From the NCBI GenBank assembly GCA_020137815.1, contig CM035354.1, positions 6,944,001 to 7,008,000 on the forward strand: 64,000 bases of DNA, given 5' to 3'. The DNA is from Hormiphora californensis (taxonomy: Eukaryota > Animalia > Ctenophora). The notes under the pieces were generated by a model. It was not told the origin of the DNA. It saw only the letters and a list, made by a program, of their open reading frames with translations, and made no database searches. Below, in pieces: positions 15,601-64,000 of the stretch (position 1 is the stretch's first letter; the number at the start of each line of letters is the position of its first letter). Both the position numbers and the translations under genes were made by a program.

Positions 15601-17636
15601 TTACCATGGTTACCAAAACATTGGCCACATCTTGTTATACTAGTTACTAATACTGTTAGTAACCACTAACAACGCTGTAACTAACTGCACTAGTAACCAC
15701 TAGTTACCAATAGTTACCAATAGTTACCAATAGTTACCAATAGTTACCAATAGTCACCACTAGTTACCACTAGTTACCACTAGTTACCACTAGTTACCAC
15801 TAGTTACCACTAGTTACCACTACTCACTAGTTACCTTTGGTTATTTCCCTCTCCTCCAGATTATCAACTACATCGGAGAAGATCTGCTTGATCAGCTCAA
15901 TATTGTGCAGCAGGGCGTTGAGAGCTGTAAAGTAACTGTAACTGATCCGAGTCGATTGGGCAGTCATTATCTGAAGGGGAGGAGGAGGGGGTTGATTACA
16001 GCTATTGGCCCATTAGACAATGAGGGCCTACTAGACAATGAGGGTTGTCAGGGCCGTTTTGACAGTACACATACTGCAGTCCGGTGGTGGACATCATATC
16101 TGATATCCTAACTATTTAACGACTCTAATTGGCATGAGATCTGAAATTTTCTAATAATTGCTTGAGAGAGGGAATAGTTAGAGCTCTTGCAAATACATTT
16201 TCGTGTACAGTAATTGGCTCAGTAGTAGTTGAAGTAGTATGTTGGCCACATACCGAGACAGAGAGAGAAACGAATGGTACATTATGTACTTTCATAAGCA
16301 GTAAAACTCAGGCTACTGCATCACACATATCAGCAGGCACCAACCTAAACCTCCTCAACTTAGTTTCTTGATGGTAAACTAGTTAAAAGTTACTTCATAA
16401 GATATATTAGCAGCAAGCTATTCTTACCCCTAGTAGATTATCCCGGAGATAGCTGGTAACTGCTGGTCCCTTCAGTTTGATGAGTGTCTGTGTGTAGGAA
16501 GCAGCATCTATACTTCCATCAATACTGTCTTTTATTAGGGAAGCAAAGGCTTGTCTGATGTGCTCTCTTGGGACACTCTGAGAGGGGTGATTATGGGTTA
16601 GTAGCGTCTACTGCAAACAGAGATCTCTTATTCCTGTAGGGACTTTGATACTCCGGGATTTGCACAACAATTATTCATGCAGTTATATCTTGGATATTCA
16701 GGAATATTTCTATTATATTACAGATTGCATAATATTTTATGTTTGCATAATATTTTTTCATTCTATCAGCAAGAGGGGCGGGATTGAAAGATATTTATGT
16801 ATACAAACTGGTACGTCCTGTTTGTTTATTTTGGCCCCATACCTGTCTACATATTGTCAACATCCCGCCTCTAGCTTGCACAATGCAGAGGTATACATAA
16901 CGAGAACAACTATGCAAACGATTTAATATGCAATCACTTTACAGGGGGTAAATTATCTTTTATGACTTCCTAGTTATTACACAATTAACGAATGAGACTC
17001 GTATAATGAGTTCTGAACAGGAACTTACTGCAATAAATTGAGGAAATTCATCCGGTCTCATTTTTCGTTGGAGATTCTTCCCAAAGTGAAGTTTCATCCA
17101 ATTGCAGTTTTTATTGAACTTTATGGTATTGTAGGCTTGTGTAGCGGTCAACAAATTCATGAAATCTTCTACTGAGATCGTTCCTGATCCTTTTCTGTCA
17201 CACATTCTGAGGAAAACGGTGGGCCGTGGAGAATTGAATTTGATTGTATTGCAGACTGTAGAGACCAATAGAAATGCTGAAACAAACCTATAAGCGAGAC
17301 GGAAATGTGCATCAGGCATACGCATTATCCTCTCAACAGCCAGAAACTCGTCCAGTGTTATGTATCCCTTGTGTTTTATGTCTGCCACGCTGGAGAATAA
17401 CTCAACGGCGTCGTCACCAACATCTAACCGTAGGAAGTCCCGGACATACACCGAGGATGGGATGCCAAGTGTTTTTTCGTCATCCACTTGAACTGCATAC
17501 TGTAAAGGAAGTTGAATATTGTTGTCTACAATTTCTATTGTATAGAAATATGGCTTATATTCGCAGTTAAACAAACCTTTTTGAAGACTTTACGAAGGGC
17601 TGAACTGGTGAGGACTCTATCTTCTTGCTTTTTCAT
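9602..17636 (-). CDS. SLC25A12: Calcium-binding mitochondrial aspartate/glutamate carrier (Aralar/Citrin, SLC25A12/13-like), multi-exon
   Basis: N-terminal EF-hand exons (16960-17574 ORF); carrier motifs [52 protein letters not shown] and DHIGGYR; ATG at 17636; last exon 9602-9696 (GLWFPS...*). Paralogue 12 vs 13 cannot be distinguished. Confidence 0.92.
9931..10765. mobile_element. Non-autonomous TIR element with poly-G/poly-C termini
   Basis: (G)nACATGTTAAT / ATTAACATGT(C)n termini; flanking direct repeat AAATAGA(GG), 7-9 bp, ambiguous because of the G run; internal TTAAC repeats. Confidence 0.85.
12018..12714 (+). CDS. Small secreted beta-rich protein of unknown function, nested antisense in an SLC25 intron. 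Exons 12018-12069, 12158-~12580, ~12695-12714
   Basis: Exon 1 encodes a signal-like [17 protein letters not shown]; phase-1 splice into the [23 protein letters not shown]...WTITK...ISCNGV ORF. Confidence 0.75.
15690..15834. repeat. 10-bp minisatellite (TAGTTACCAA/C)n at an intron 5' end
   Basis: Direct tandem repeats abutting the minus-strand splice donor. Confidence 0.95.
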
Positions 17637-18149
17637 AACTTTCTGTCATTGAACGAGGCTTTATTTAATGGGGGAATTCATGGGGACCTTGGCTTATAAC
17701 ATTAAAACAGTAGGGACTGCTACACGATTGGACAGCAGGTAAATCAATCGAAAAAGTGAAAGATATCAAAACGAAAATCAAAAATCAGTTTCCGGAAGCA
17801 ATTTTTTACTTGCGAAAAGTAGAATCTCACGCGCGCCGCGGTATTTTATGCGCCGCATTCAAATATCACGAGCCGCGCAATGTTCTCGAAAACTTCAAGA
17901 TCACATCAAGCTGAGCTCACTTTTCCAAGCGAAAATCTTGAGACGTTTCGACGCGGGAGCTCTTGCTTTTCCTTGCTTGCAAGGCGCCAGAGCCCAGAAC
18001 ACAGCTGTAGTCAACACACAGAAGGGTCAATTGTTGATCTGTACAACTTCATACATTTATTTACACTTTTGACTCAGTGAAATATATTTTAAGCTTGGAA
18101 ATCTTCTCTTGACGTTGCCGGTCAGTAATTTGTTATCAACTTTTATCTA

Positions 18150-19606
18150 ACTAGCGCACCCATTGGTGTCATACTTTGAATCAGAGAACTTGTTTAACGA
18201 GTCTCAGCATGGGTTTAGAAGCAAGAGGAGCTGCTTATCCCAACTCACTCGTCACATTGACAATATTCTGAACAATCTCAACGACCTTCTTGAAGTGGAT
18301 GTAATCTACTTGGACTTCGAGAAGGCGTTTGATAAAGTTGACATCGGTATACTTCTCGAAAAGCTGCAGAGATATGGAGTTAAGGGCAAACTCCTTGAAT
18401 GGATCCGCAGCTTCCTACTAGACCGGAAACAAACGGTCTTAGTCGACGGCGTAGCGTCTTCTTTTGCAGAAGTCAGAAGTGGGGTCCCACAAGGGACTGT
18501 TCTCGGTCCACTTTTATTTCTGATTTATGTAATTGACCTGGAATCCGTAATCAAACACGGTTCTTCTTTGTCGTTCGCTGATGACACTAAAATCTTCTCT
18601 GCTATCCGTACTATGGTTGACAAATTGAACCTACAGGAGGATCTGAACAGTGTGATAACCTGGGCTGACGCTAACAATATGTCCTTGCACCAGTCAAAGT
18701 TCGAGGTCATGAATTTCACCCTGAATCACACCAGTTCGCTTAGAGAAGTACCGTTCAGTGCTGAGAACTATTCCTATCAACTGTCTGATGGGAGGTTCAT
18801 CGATCCAACAGACACTGTCCGAGACTTAGGTGTTCTACTCTCGAGTGATGGTCAATGGTCGGCCCAAATATCTCGAGTTGTTACCACGGCTAGTCGGGTT
18901 GCTGGATGGACGTTAAGTGCATTTAGATCCAGAACTCGCCGCACCATGATGACTCTTTACAAGTCACTGGTGCGTCCCCATCTTGACTACTGTTGCACAC
19001 TGTGGTCACCTTCCAAAAATGGGGATATCAGTCGTGTTGAGGATATTCAACGATCGTACACCCGTAAGATCGTTGGTCTCAAGGGGCTGAACTACTGGCA
19101 ACGTCTTCAAACCCTGGGACTTTTGTCGCTTCAGCGCCGACGAGAGAGGTACACTATGATTCTTGTGTGGAAAGTGTACAACAATGAGATACCCAACAGT
19201 ACTGACATGTGTTTCGTCGACAGTCACCGCTCTGGCCCTAGAGCTGTCGTCCCTCGATACTCGTACGAGGCTCAACGATCTATCTTGTCGCTATATGAAC
19301 AATCATTTGCGGTACTGGGGGCAAGGTTGTGGAACACTTTGCCTCGATCTGTAAAGGAGGCCCCAACTCTTTATCAGTTCAAATCTCAGCTAGGTAGTTT
19401 CCTCTCTACCATTCCGGATACACCCCCCATCAGCGGTTATCCTGCTCAAGCAAACAGCAACTCAATACTAGAGTGGTGTCCATGATGCGTGTTAGTGTGT
19501 TATGTGTCGCTGTGCTGTGAGTGTACTGAGTATTGACTCTTTTTAGGAGGTTTATCTTTTTAAATATCCTGTGTGTTACGCAAATTTATGAATTTGATTT
19601 GATTTG
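18150..19606 (+). mobile_element. 5'-truncated non-LTR retrotransposon (CR1/L2-group LINE); RT ORF 18163-19485
   Basis: QHGFR, YLDFEKAFD, GVPQGTVLGPLLFLIY and FADD RT motifs; C-terminal LSLQRRR motif; short 3' UTR ending in (ATTTG)3; no endonuclease domain; no TSD seen. Confidence 0.93.
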
Positions 19607-19687
19607 CCTCAAGTAAGGGCTTTTTGATATCCCACCCGGCTTCGCCGGGTGGTTCTTAATTTCGCCCCTTTCAACGTCAATAACACG

Positions 19688-19701
19688 GTTGCCATGGCAA
19701 C
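19688..19701. promoter_or_regulatory. Palindromic RFX X-box-like motif GTTGCCATGGCAAC upstream of CHD1
   Basis: Perfect match to the X-box consensus ~240 bp before the first CHD1 ATG; similar motifs are common elsewhere in the window. Confidence 0.4.
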
Positions 19702-19930
19702 TGAATTGGTTACTATGGGGACTGGCATGTTAAAATTCATTCGAAAATATCAACAAACTTCCACTGGAAGTTCCAAAACTATGAGTAACAGCTTTACAGC
19801 TTTGGTCACATAAAGTGTTTTATGAAGGAGCACTGTCGCTTAGATACCGCTGAACGAACGACCACCACTTCGACGCGACATCTCCAAATTATAATAGAGA
19901 TACCAACCTCAAGAAATGCTATGACGTTAA

Positions 19931-32143
<12,213 letters not shown>

Positions 32144-33072
32144 GTTAAGAATTCGAAAGTTTTACCTTTTTCCGCCTTTTTCACTGATAGTTAAATACCG
32201 CTTCTCGGCTTTTTTGCTTAGATCACTGATCAAGCAGCAGTATAAATACGATAAACATTCTAAATTCACCTCTCCCGATCAGAAAGCGAAAAAGATGAGT
32301 AAAGATAGCTCCGGGTTTGAGGAGAGAGTGTGTGTGAGTACAATAAATACACATCCTGTTGTTGGTGGGTTTTAGCGCCATATTTGGACATGTTAGTGCC
32401 ATATTTGGACATGTTAGTGCCATATTTGGACATGTACCGCCGGGCTGGGTAGTTAGTATTCAGATTTTTATGAAGTACCTCATATGATATATATATTGGA
32501 CAATTTGTGAAAAAGAAAAATAATATTTGAGTTTAAGAGACGATATTCTTTGATGATTGTACCACTTTTTTGTGTACGTTTAGTGTAGCCTTTCACCCCA
32601 TGATATATTTAACAAGGACCTGACGAGCTGAAACTAGAAATGTAGATTATTGTTCCTCGAATATCTAGAGATCAAGCCACATAATATATTTCTGTTTTTC
32701 CCTTCGTGTTATCTTGAGAGATAGTGTTCATTGTGAGAGGTGAAGTTTCATTTCCTTCCTTCTACAAAATTCTGTGTTTCCATGGTTACCACCACACTCT
32801 GGCGTTCCCTCCAGGCTCATGGTTACCAGCACTCTGATATTCCTTACAATTTCACCCCAAAACTGACCCCCCCCCCCCTCCTACAGAGAGATTTTGAAGG
32901 ACACAGCAACGTCTCTCTTAACGTCACAGTTAAATCTACCTCTCTATCCTTGGCTGGTGTCCAATATTTTTGTAATCCGGTATTCCGGTGTGTGTCTCAT
33001 TACCTGCTTAGTGAGGGTAGCTGGTATGTTAGAATACTGGTTTTTAAAACTGGTGTATTGAACCTGTCTCTT

Positions 33073-33139
<67 letters not shown>

Positions 33140-33185
33140 TCCTCTCACGCGACTATTGCTAAACACACACCACGCAGCCAGCCTG

Positions 33186-33193
33186 TATAAAAG
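33186..33193 (+). promoter_or_regulatory. TATA box of BHMT
   Basis: TATAAAAG ~90 bp upstream of the ATG at 33278. Confidence 0.65.
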
Positions 33194-33277
33194 GAGGGCT
33201 GTGACCGAGACAACTCATATTCTGAACTTTGAGTAAGACTTTGTAACGCTACTACAGTAACTACTTTGTACAACATT

Positions 33278-38292
<5,015 letters not shown>

Positions 38293-38650
38293 GTTGAATA
38301 GGTACCACCAGAGGAATAGGAGCTCTGAATAAAGACTCGGGGATTTGTAGAGATAGTGACTCTTGTATTGATATGTTAATGAAGCGAGGTGTTGAAGTGA
38401 CAGAGGTCGGGTGGAAGAAGAAGTGATGAAGTTGTTGTTGAACAGTTTACACCAGTCCCTTTCTCACTTTTCTCCCAGAATCTCCTGGATAGAGTGAGCT
38501 TTAATGCATGTTTTTATTCAATTTTGAGTTTAAAGAGAGAAAGATATGATGTATTAATGGATTGTATATCTGCATTATTTCTTAACCCAATTTATATCAG
38601 CCTATCATTTTACGAGCTCATCCCCAAAGTTTAGACCAGGAAGAACAAAC

Positions 38651-38940
38651 CAAATCCGGTTTTGATTTCGCCAATTTCCTGTCTGGAGTCGCCAGACCCC
38701 GTTTGATTCTCAGATCGAGTCGGCCTGGTATGGGTCTACTGCTGGGTCTACTCATGATACTGGACAGGAACTCAGAGATTGGCTGTCTGGCGGCGCCGAT
38801 CTGATAATCAAACGAGATATTGGCTGTCAGGCCAATGCTCTGACCTCAGTTCTCGAGAGAAATGTTAATATGGCCAGGCCAATACAATGTATTGAATACA
38901 ATGCTCTGACAGGATATTGGCGAAATCAAAACCGGATTTG
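38651..38940. mobile_element. Short MITE-like element with 23-bp TIR
   Basis: CAAATCCGGTTTTGATTTCGCCAAT / ATTGGCGAAATCAAAACCGGATTTG; no clear TSD. Confidence 0.6.
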
Positions 38941-39033
38941 AAGAATCTTCAAACCAGGTTGGCCTTGCCAGATCAGACATTTTGATTTTTGATGGAATCG
39001 TTTGAGTCAAACGATTCCATCAAAAATAAGAAT

Positions 39034-39574
39034 GGGGGGGGGTGCAGCCCAAAAAAAACCAACCATACCCTGGATTTTCAAGTGTTGATTTTTTTTGGTC
39101 GTTTTTGATTTTTTTGATCTTTTTTGATTTTTTTTGATCTTTTTTGATTTTTTTTGATCTTTTTTGATTTTTTTTAATTTTTTTTGATCTTTTTTGATTT
39201 TTTTTATCGTTTTTGATTTTTTTTGAATTTTTTGATCGTTTTTGATTTTATTTGATCGTTTTTGATTTTTTTTGAACTTTTTGTTCAACATTAAACAATC
39301 AAAAAAAATCAAAAACGATCAAAAAATTCAAAAACGATCAAAAAAATTCAAAAAAAAATCAAAAACGATCAAAAAAAATAAAAAACGACCAAAAAAAATC
39401 AAAGAAATTTCAACCAAAAACGACCAAAAACGACCAAAAAAAACCAACCATACCCTTGCCTAGCTAGACTGTGTAAAGACAAATGTAAAGAAGGGTTAGA
39501 ACATAACAACCATACCCTGGGTTTCGGAAAAAGTTTGAATTTTTTTGGGGCTGCACCCCCCCCCCCCCCCCCCC
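39034..39574. mobile_element. Poly-G/C-ended foldback element with internal (TTTTTGATC)n/(GATCAAAAA)n inverted arrays
   Basis: (G)nTGCAGCCC / GGGCTGCA(C)n termini; AAGAAT on both flanks. Confidence 0.75.
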
Positions 39575-39604
39575 AAGAATCCATATTATCGGAGATGACA
39601 TGAA

Positions 39605-39717
39605 GGGGGGGGGGGGGGGGGGTGACACGTAACACTTTGTAACATGTGCAGAAAACTTTTTGTGCACGTTACATGTTACAAAGTGTTACAAAGTGTTACG
39701 TGTCACCCCCCCCCCCC
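39605..39717. mobile_element. Mini-MITE with poly-G/C ends
   Basis: (G)nTGACACGTAACACTTTGTAACA / TGTTACAAAGTGTTACGTGTCA(C)n; ATGAA on both flanks. Confidence 0.75.
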
Positions 39718-40351
39718 ATGAAATCTGTGGGAAAGGTCCATTCTCCCAAGTCCCCATACAGGCCACAGCCTTGGCCCTGTACGAAATGGGCCGGGGGAAG
39801 GCCGGATCGGATTCGGAGATGGCAACAAAACTACGGTTCAGTGTGCGCGTCACTTCACATCAGATGTCGGTTGTGTACTTTCGATACTTCAGTGGTTTTG
39901 CGCGCACCATTTAGCACGGGGCCCCTACTGTGACAAAAGTCTCCCATCTTAGTCTATCAGTCTACCACCACTGATCAGTGATCACATGATATGATTCTCT
40001 CTCTTGTCAAAACTTCAAATACACGGCAATTAAGAGAAAGAGAGTGATACTCTTTAATAAAAAGTACACATTCGGTAAATTATCACTGTATATAGACAAC
40101 ATTTCACTGCAACAGAAACCAATCTGAATCAGTACGTAACTATGGCTACAAAAGAAAGAAAAAAAAAGCTAAGAACTCTCAAGAAGATGTGATATATAAC
40201 CTTGATTGAGGAATATTGTCTTTGTCATGTCATGCTATATACTCAACCCCAACTCTATCTGGTCTAATCACTACAAACTCTCTACAAACAAACTAGATGA
40301 TACCAATTTCAAACTCTCTAGTCTAAAGACGATTATATCAGTCTAATTTCA

Positions 40352-60669
<20,318 letters not shown>

Positions 60670-61306
60670 AGCTGGAAGCTGCCTATCATCTGAGCGACAT
60701 GTATGTGACTCTATTAAACTGCCGAGTTAGCATTTGAGCTGATGACTGCCGAAAACTTAATTATTCATAACTGAATTTTAGTACTGCAGTTTTTTAAATA
60801 AGCATTTGAGCTAGCTGCACGGCACAATTCTCGATATGAGACTCTAAGCTTCCCTAGCTGGGTAATATAGCGACACTGATGGATAGCAATGTATTATATT
60901 CACGTCATATTGGCACCGGGGGGATAGCAATGTGATTGATGGAAGTAGCAGGGCTAATTCTCACTCAAAATAAAAGGTGTGATAAGGAGAGGGAGGTTTC
61001 CTTTTTCCTTTTCTTTTTAAAGTTGATTTTAATTCCATGGTGACCTTGGCCATATTTATAGGTACACTGCAGGGGAAGCTATAACTATTCAAAATGTTTT
61101 GCTGCTAGGCATTTTACCAGTAAGATATACGACCAGTTATATAGAGAACATAGTCTGACTATTTACTAATTACACTCTTGTTTTGTGCCTATATTCGGTT
61201 GCAGTACTGCTGTCTGTGAACTATAAACCTCGAATTAGAACTTGGAACAAAGGAGTGGTGTCTTCATGTCACTGACCTTGTATCTAGGACGTCCCCCGCG
61301 GTATTT

Positions 61307-62311
61307 CTAGTCAGCAGGTGGAATGTGATTCTTAATAACCTCAGGTGATAGAACCTCCTTGCCCTGAAAAATAGACAGTTTTTATTGATTTAGTAGTACA
61401 ACTATATCGTTGTTGCCATTCAGCATTTGCATTGCCTTGTAACATATGGGTCGGAGTACTGTTTTTTAGCATACTAAAATAAAGATGCAGCAATATGCAT
61501 CCCCGGGTCGGAGAATATTAAGTATTCGAAGAATAAAAGAGATCGTGCACAGTGCAAGAATGGATGCCCCAAGAAAATATCAAAAGAAGTAGCTGTGAAA
61601 GAGAGAGGGAGATCGAAAGAGAGGTCGAAAAAGAGAAGAGAAAAAGAGAAAGAAAGAATATAGTCATAGATAAAAAGAGATCGTGCGGAACGTGCCTCCC
61701 TAGGACCTACGGAACTTGATGATCCATAGCGATTTCGACGGCGTTCCTGCAAATCACTGATATATCAATCACACCAGGCAAACCACACCAAAACACACCA
61801 AGTCACACTCCAAATTCCATATCATTCAACAGCGTGTGACAGCTTGTGGCAGCTATCTTAAAACTTATGGTTCACCTGTGATTGGTTGATGTATTCTCCA
61901 AGTATTTCTATCTGCTCTGCCGTTAACTTCTTCTCGTCGGGAAGGTTGAGTGCGGCAGCTCTACTTCGGTAGTACTGAAAGACAACTAATTAATAATTAG
62001 TTAACGAGTATTTCCCAACTACTTCGGTAGTACTGAAAGACACGTGGTCAGTGATAGAAACACATGGTCACAATTAGGTATGAGCTAACACAGTTATTTA
62101 GGACAGAGGCTAGAGGGTTTGTTGAATAAGTGAATGAGTTATTAACAACTATAATCAGTTAATTAGATAATTAGTATATTTCACAACTAATTAGTTAATT
62201 AGTTTCCCCAATTACCTCTCTAATTTGCTGGATGTATTCCTCGTTGTATCGTGTTGCGTTAGCCTGATCAGGTTTTCCTCTTAGAGTTGTCTTAGAGGGT
62301 GGTGCTGTAAC
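61307..62311 (-). CDS. 3' exons of an unidentified gene (~62216-62311, 61876-61974, 61711-61746, 61307-61363); 5' part further right
   Basis: Four phase-0 GT-AG exons read through to TAG at 61307; no domain recognised. Confidence 0.45.
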
Positions 62312-62638
62312 CTGTAGGAAATAGTGGAACTATTAACTTGTCCGGAGCACGGACACAGCTACATGCGCGGACACAGGCGCAGACACAGGCGACTCAACTA
62401 TTTCCAAGAATTATTTGAAGTGCTTTTCTCGATACGATCTTTTTATCTTGTTGATATGCTTTGCTTTGTTTGCAACTACTACATTAAAGGCTCGTTGCTC
62501 AAGCAATATAGCGCCATTTTCTTTTATTCACACTCTGCATTTGCTATAACACCAAAGCATTGTTATAGTTCGTTCGTAACAATTTATTTTCTCACTTTGA
62601 AAAATCGTCTTCCCTTTTGTATCGCACCACCTCTGCAA

Positions 62639-63821
62639 ATGATTTTGTTTCTCGTCAACATCATCCCGGTCCTAATGACGGCCAGTTCTTCCCTTGATGT
62701 CTGGTCTACCTCCAGATACATGGGCTGTTTCGTGAGGGGTATCTACAACGCTCCGGCCCGCATCTCCCGATCCATTATCACCGGGTCCCTCACACCAGTC
62801 GGCTGCATGGAAGTGTGCGGGGTCTATAAGAACTGCAGCAACGTGGCATTCAACCTGGCTACCAGTGAGTGCACCCTGTACCACATACCCCACCGACCCC
62901 AGCAGTTGTCTTACACCACGTCCCCGCTATACATGAGCGCTGCTAAAGACTGTTTGGAGATAACTGACAACTTCGAAACCATGACCATGGAGGATTTAGT
63001 GGCTCTCACCCTGGCAATCCCCTGTGTATTCAGAAAGGCCGGGGAGCGTCACAATGACGATGGGCTCCGAAAGTATTCCTGTCTCAAGAGGCACGGGGTT
63101 AGCGGTGTAAAGTGGGGTGAGTGCAGTTTGGTACTGGATACGTGGCGTCTCGAGAACCATGGCAACTATACCGCCTACTGGGTAGAAGATAACACCCCAG
63201 GACACATGAGGGTGAGGATCATGTCTCTAAACAACGACCTGTGTCTGACACATCTATCCAAAGAGGAGATAACATCAGATCGCAAGACTGGAGTTCATCT
63301 GGAACCCTGTTTGTCCAGAAGTAGACCCCAGACAACTGTTTTTAGTTAGTAGGGACGGCTTGGAGTTTGGGACAGAGCTAATTATTGAGGGGGTGGAACA
63401 AGTGGACCTGTACTTTGCTAATACTGAACATTTCAACCAATCTGAGCATGATATTTCATCGGTGCAACTGTCTGGATACTTCATACCATCCCACACGATG
63501 CCCTGTAGCACCAGGATCTCCAAGAAGTATGGCGTGCTGGAAAGTGAGGTTCACGGCATTCCTACTGGAGTGTCAGCTATTCAGGAGTGTGGGGGAGGAG
63601 AGAGGAGGGAGGTTGTGTGTGAGAACAGGACCTTGGTGGGACTGATAAAGTGCGATGGAGGTGATAAAGTCATGCCGACCGGGATGACAGAGGTTCGAGC
63701 ATTTGTCCTGTATATCTTGTACGGTCTCAGTGCCGCCTTTGTTGTGTTTGTTGTGGGTTGTGCCGTGTTTCTCACTCCAAAGGGGTATTGTAACCCTACT
63801 GATGAGGATGATGATAACTAG
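62639..63821 (+). CDS. Intronless type I membrane protein: signal peptide, PAN/apple domain, ricin-B-like Cys motifs and TM helix; broken by a +1 frameshift near 63326-63340
   Basis: MILFLVNIIPVLMTASS; CMEVC...C..VAFN....ECTL; CLT...LEPC; the downstream frame is open across the first stop and ends in LYILYGLSAAFVVFVVGCAVFL. Confidence 0.65.
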
Positions 63822-64000
63822 AGTAACTCGTTACCTCAAGTTGTCATGGTAACGGTTACCTTAAGTTGCCATGGTAACTCTAACGTTCTTTGTAGCCCTA
63901 CTGACGAGGATGATGGTAACTAGAGTTGCCTGCTTCTTCTTCTTCTAGAGAGCACCTGGGATAAACCCACAAAGAACTATCACAAAAGTAAGTTTGTTGG

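Noticed and set aside
15690-15834. Regular short repeats resembling a CRISPR or telomeric array
   Set aside because: No unique spacers, no cas genes, eukaryotic intron; it is a 10-bp minisatellite, not TTAGGG
18163-19485. RT as a retron/DGR or as the replicase of the Maverick
   Set aside because: Motifs and 3' tail are those of an ordinary CR1/L2-type LINE, and it lies 24 kb outside the TIRs
39007-39463. Lysine-rich ORFs on both strands
   Set aside because: Products of A/T-rich inverted low-complexity arrays in a foldback element

Overview
Intron-rich eukaryotic (animal) genomic DNA. The dense gene nesting and repeat style suggest a ctenophore, but this is inference only. Host genes in order: 3' part of a SOS-like RasGEF, a Pro/Tyr-rich exon set whose last two exons are tandemly duplicated, a mitochondrial Asp/Glu carrier (SLC25A12/13-like, minus) with a nested secreted-protein gene, a 5'-truncated CR1/L2-type LINE, CHD1, BHMT, a PET+3xLIM (Prickle/Testin-family) gene of about 20 kb on the minus strand, a nested intronless PIM-like kinase, and a frameshifted PAN/apple membrane-protein gene. 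Introns carry many foldback/MITE-like elements and microsatellites. The standout is an apparently intact 8,467-bp Maverick/Polinton-type element at 43326-51792, inside the 13-kb PET-domain intron. It has AG...CT termini, a 6-bp TSD (AAGACC) and ~760-bp near-identical TIRs. It encodes a chromodomain integrase, packaging ATPase, adenain protease, major and minor capsid proteins, a pVI-like peptide, a C2H2 zinc-finger protein and a small type I membrane glycoprotein, but no DNA polymerase or helicase. It is a candidate compact, polymerase-less (helper- or host-dependent) endogenous virus. Exon coordinates were derived by eye from splice signals and phase and were not computed.
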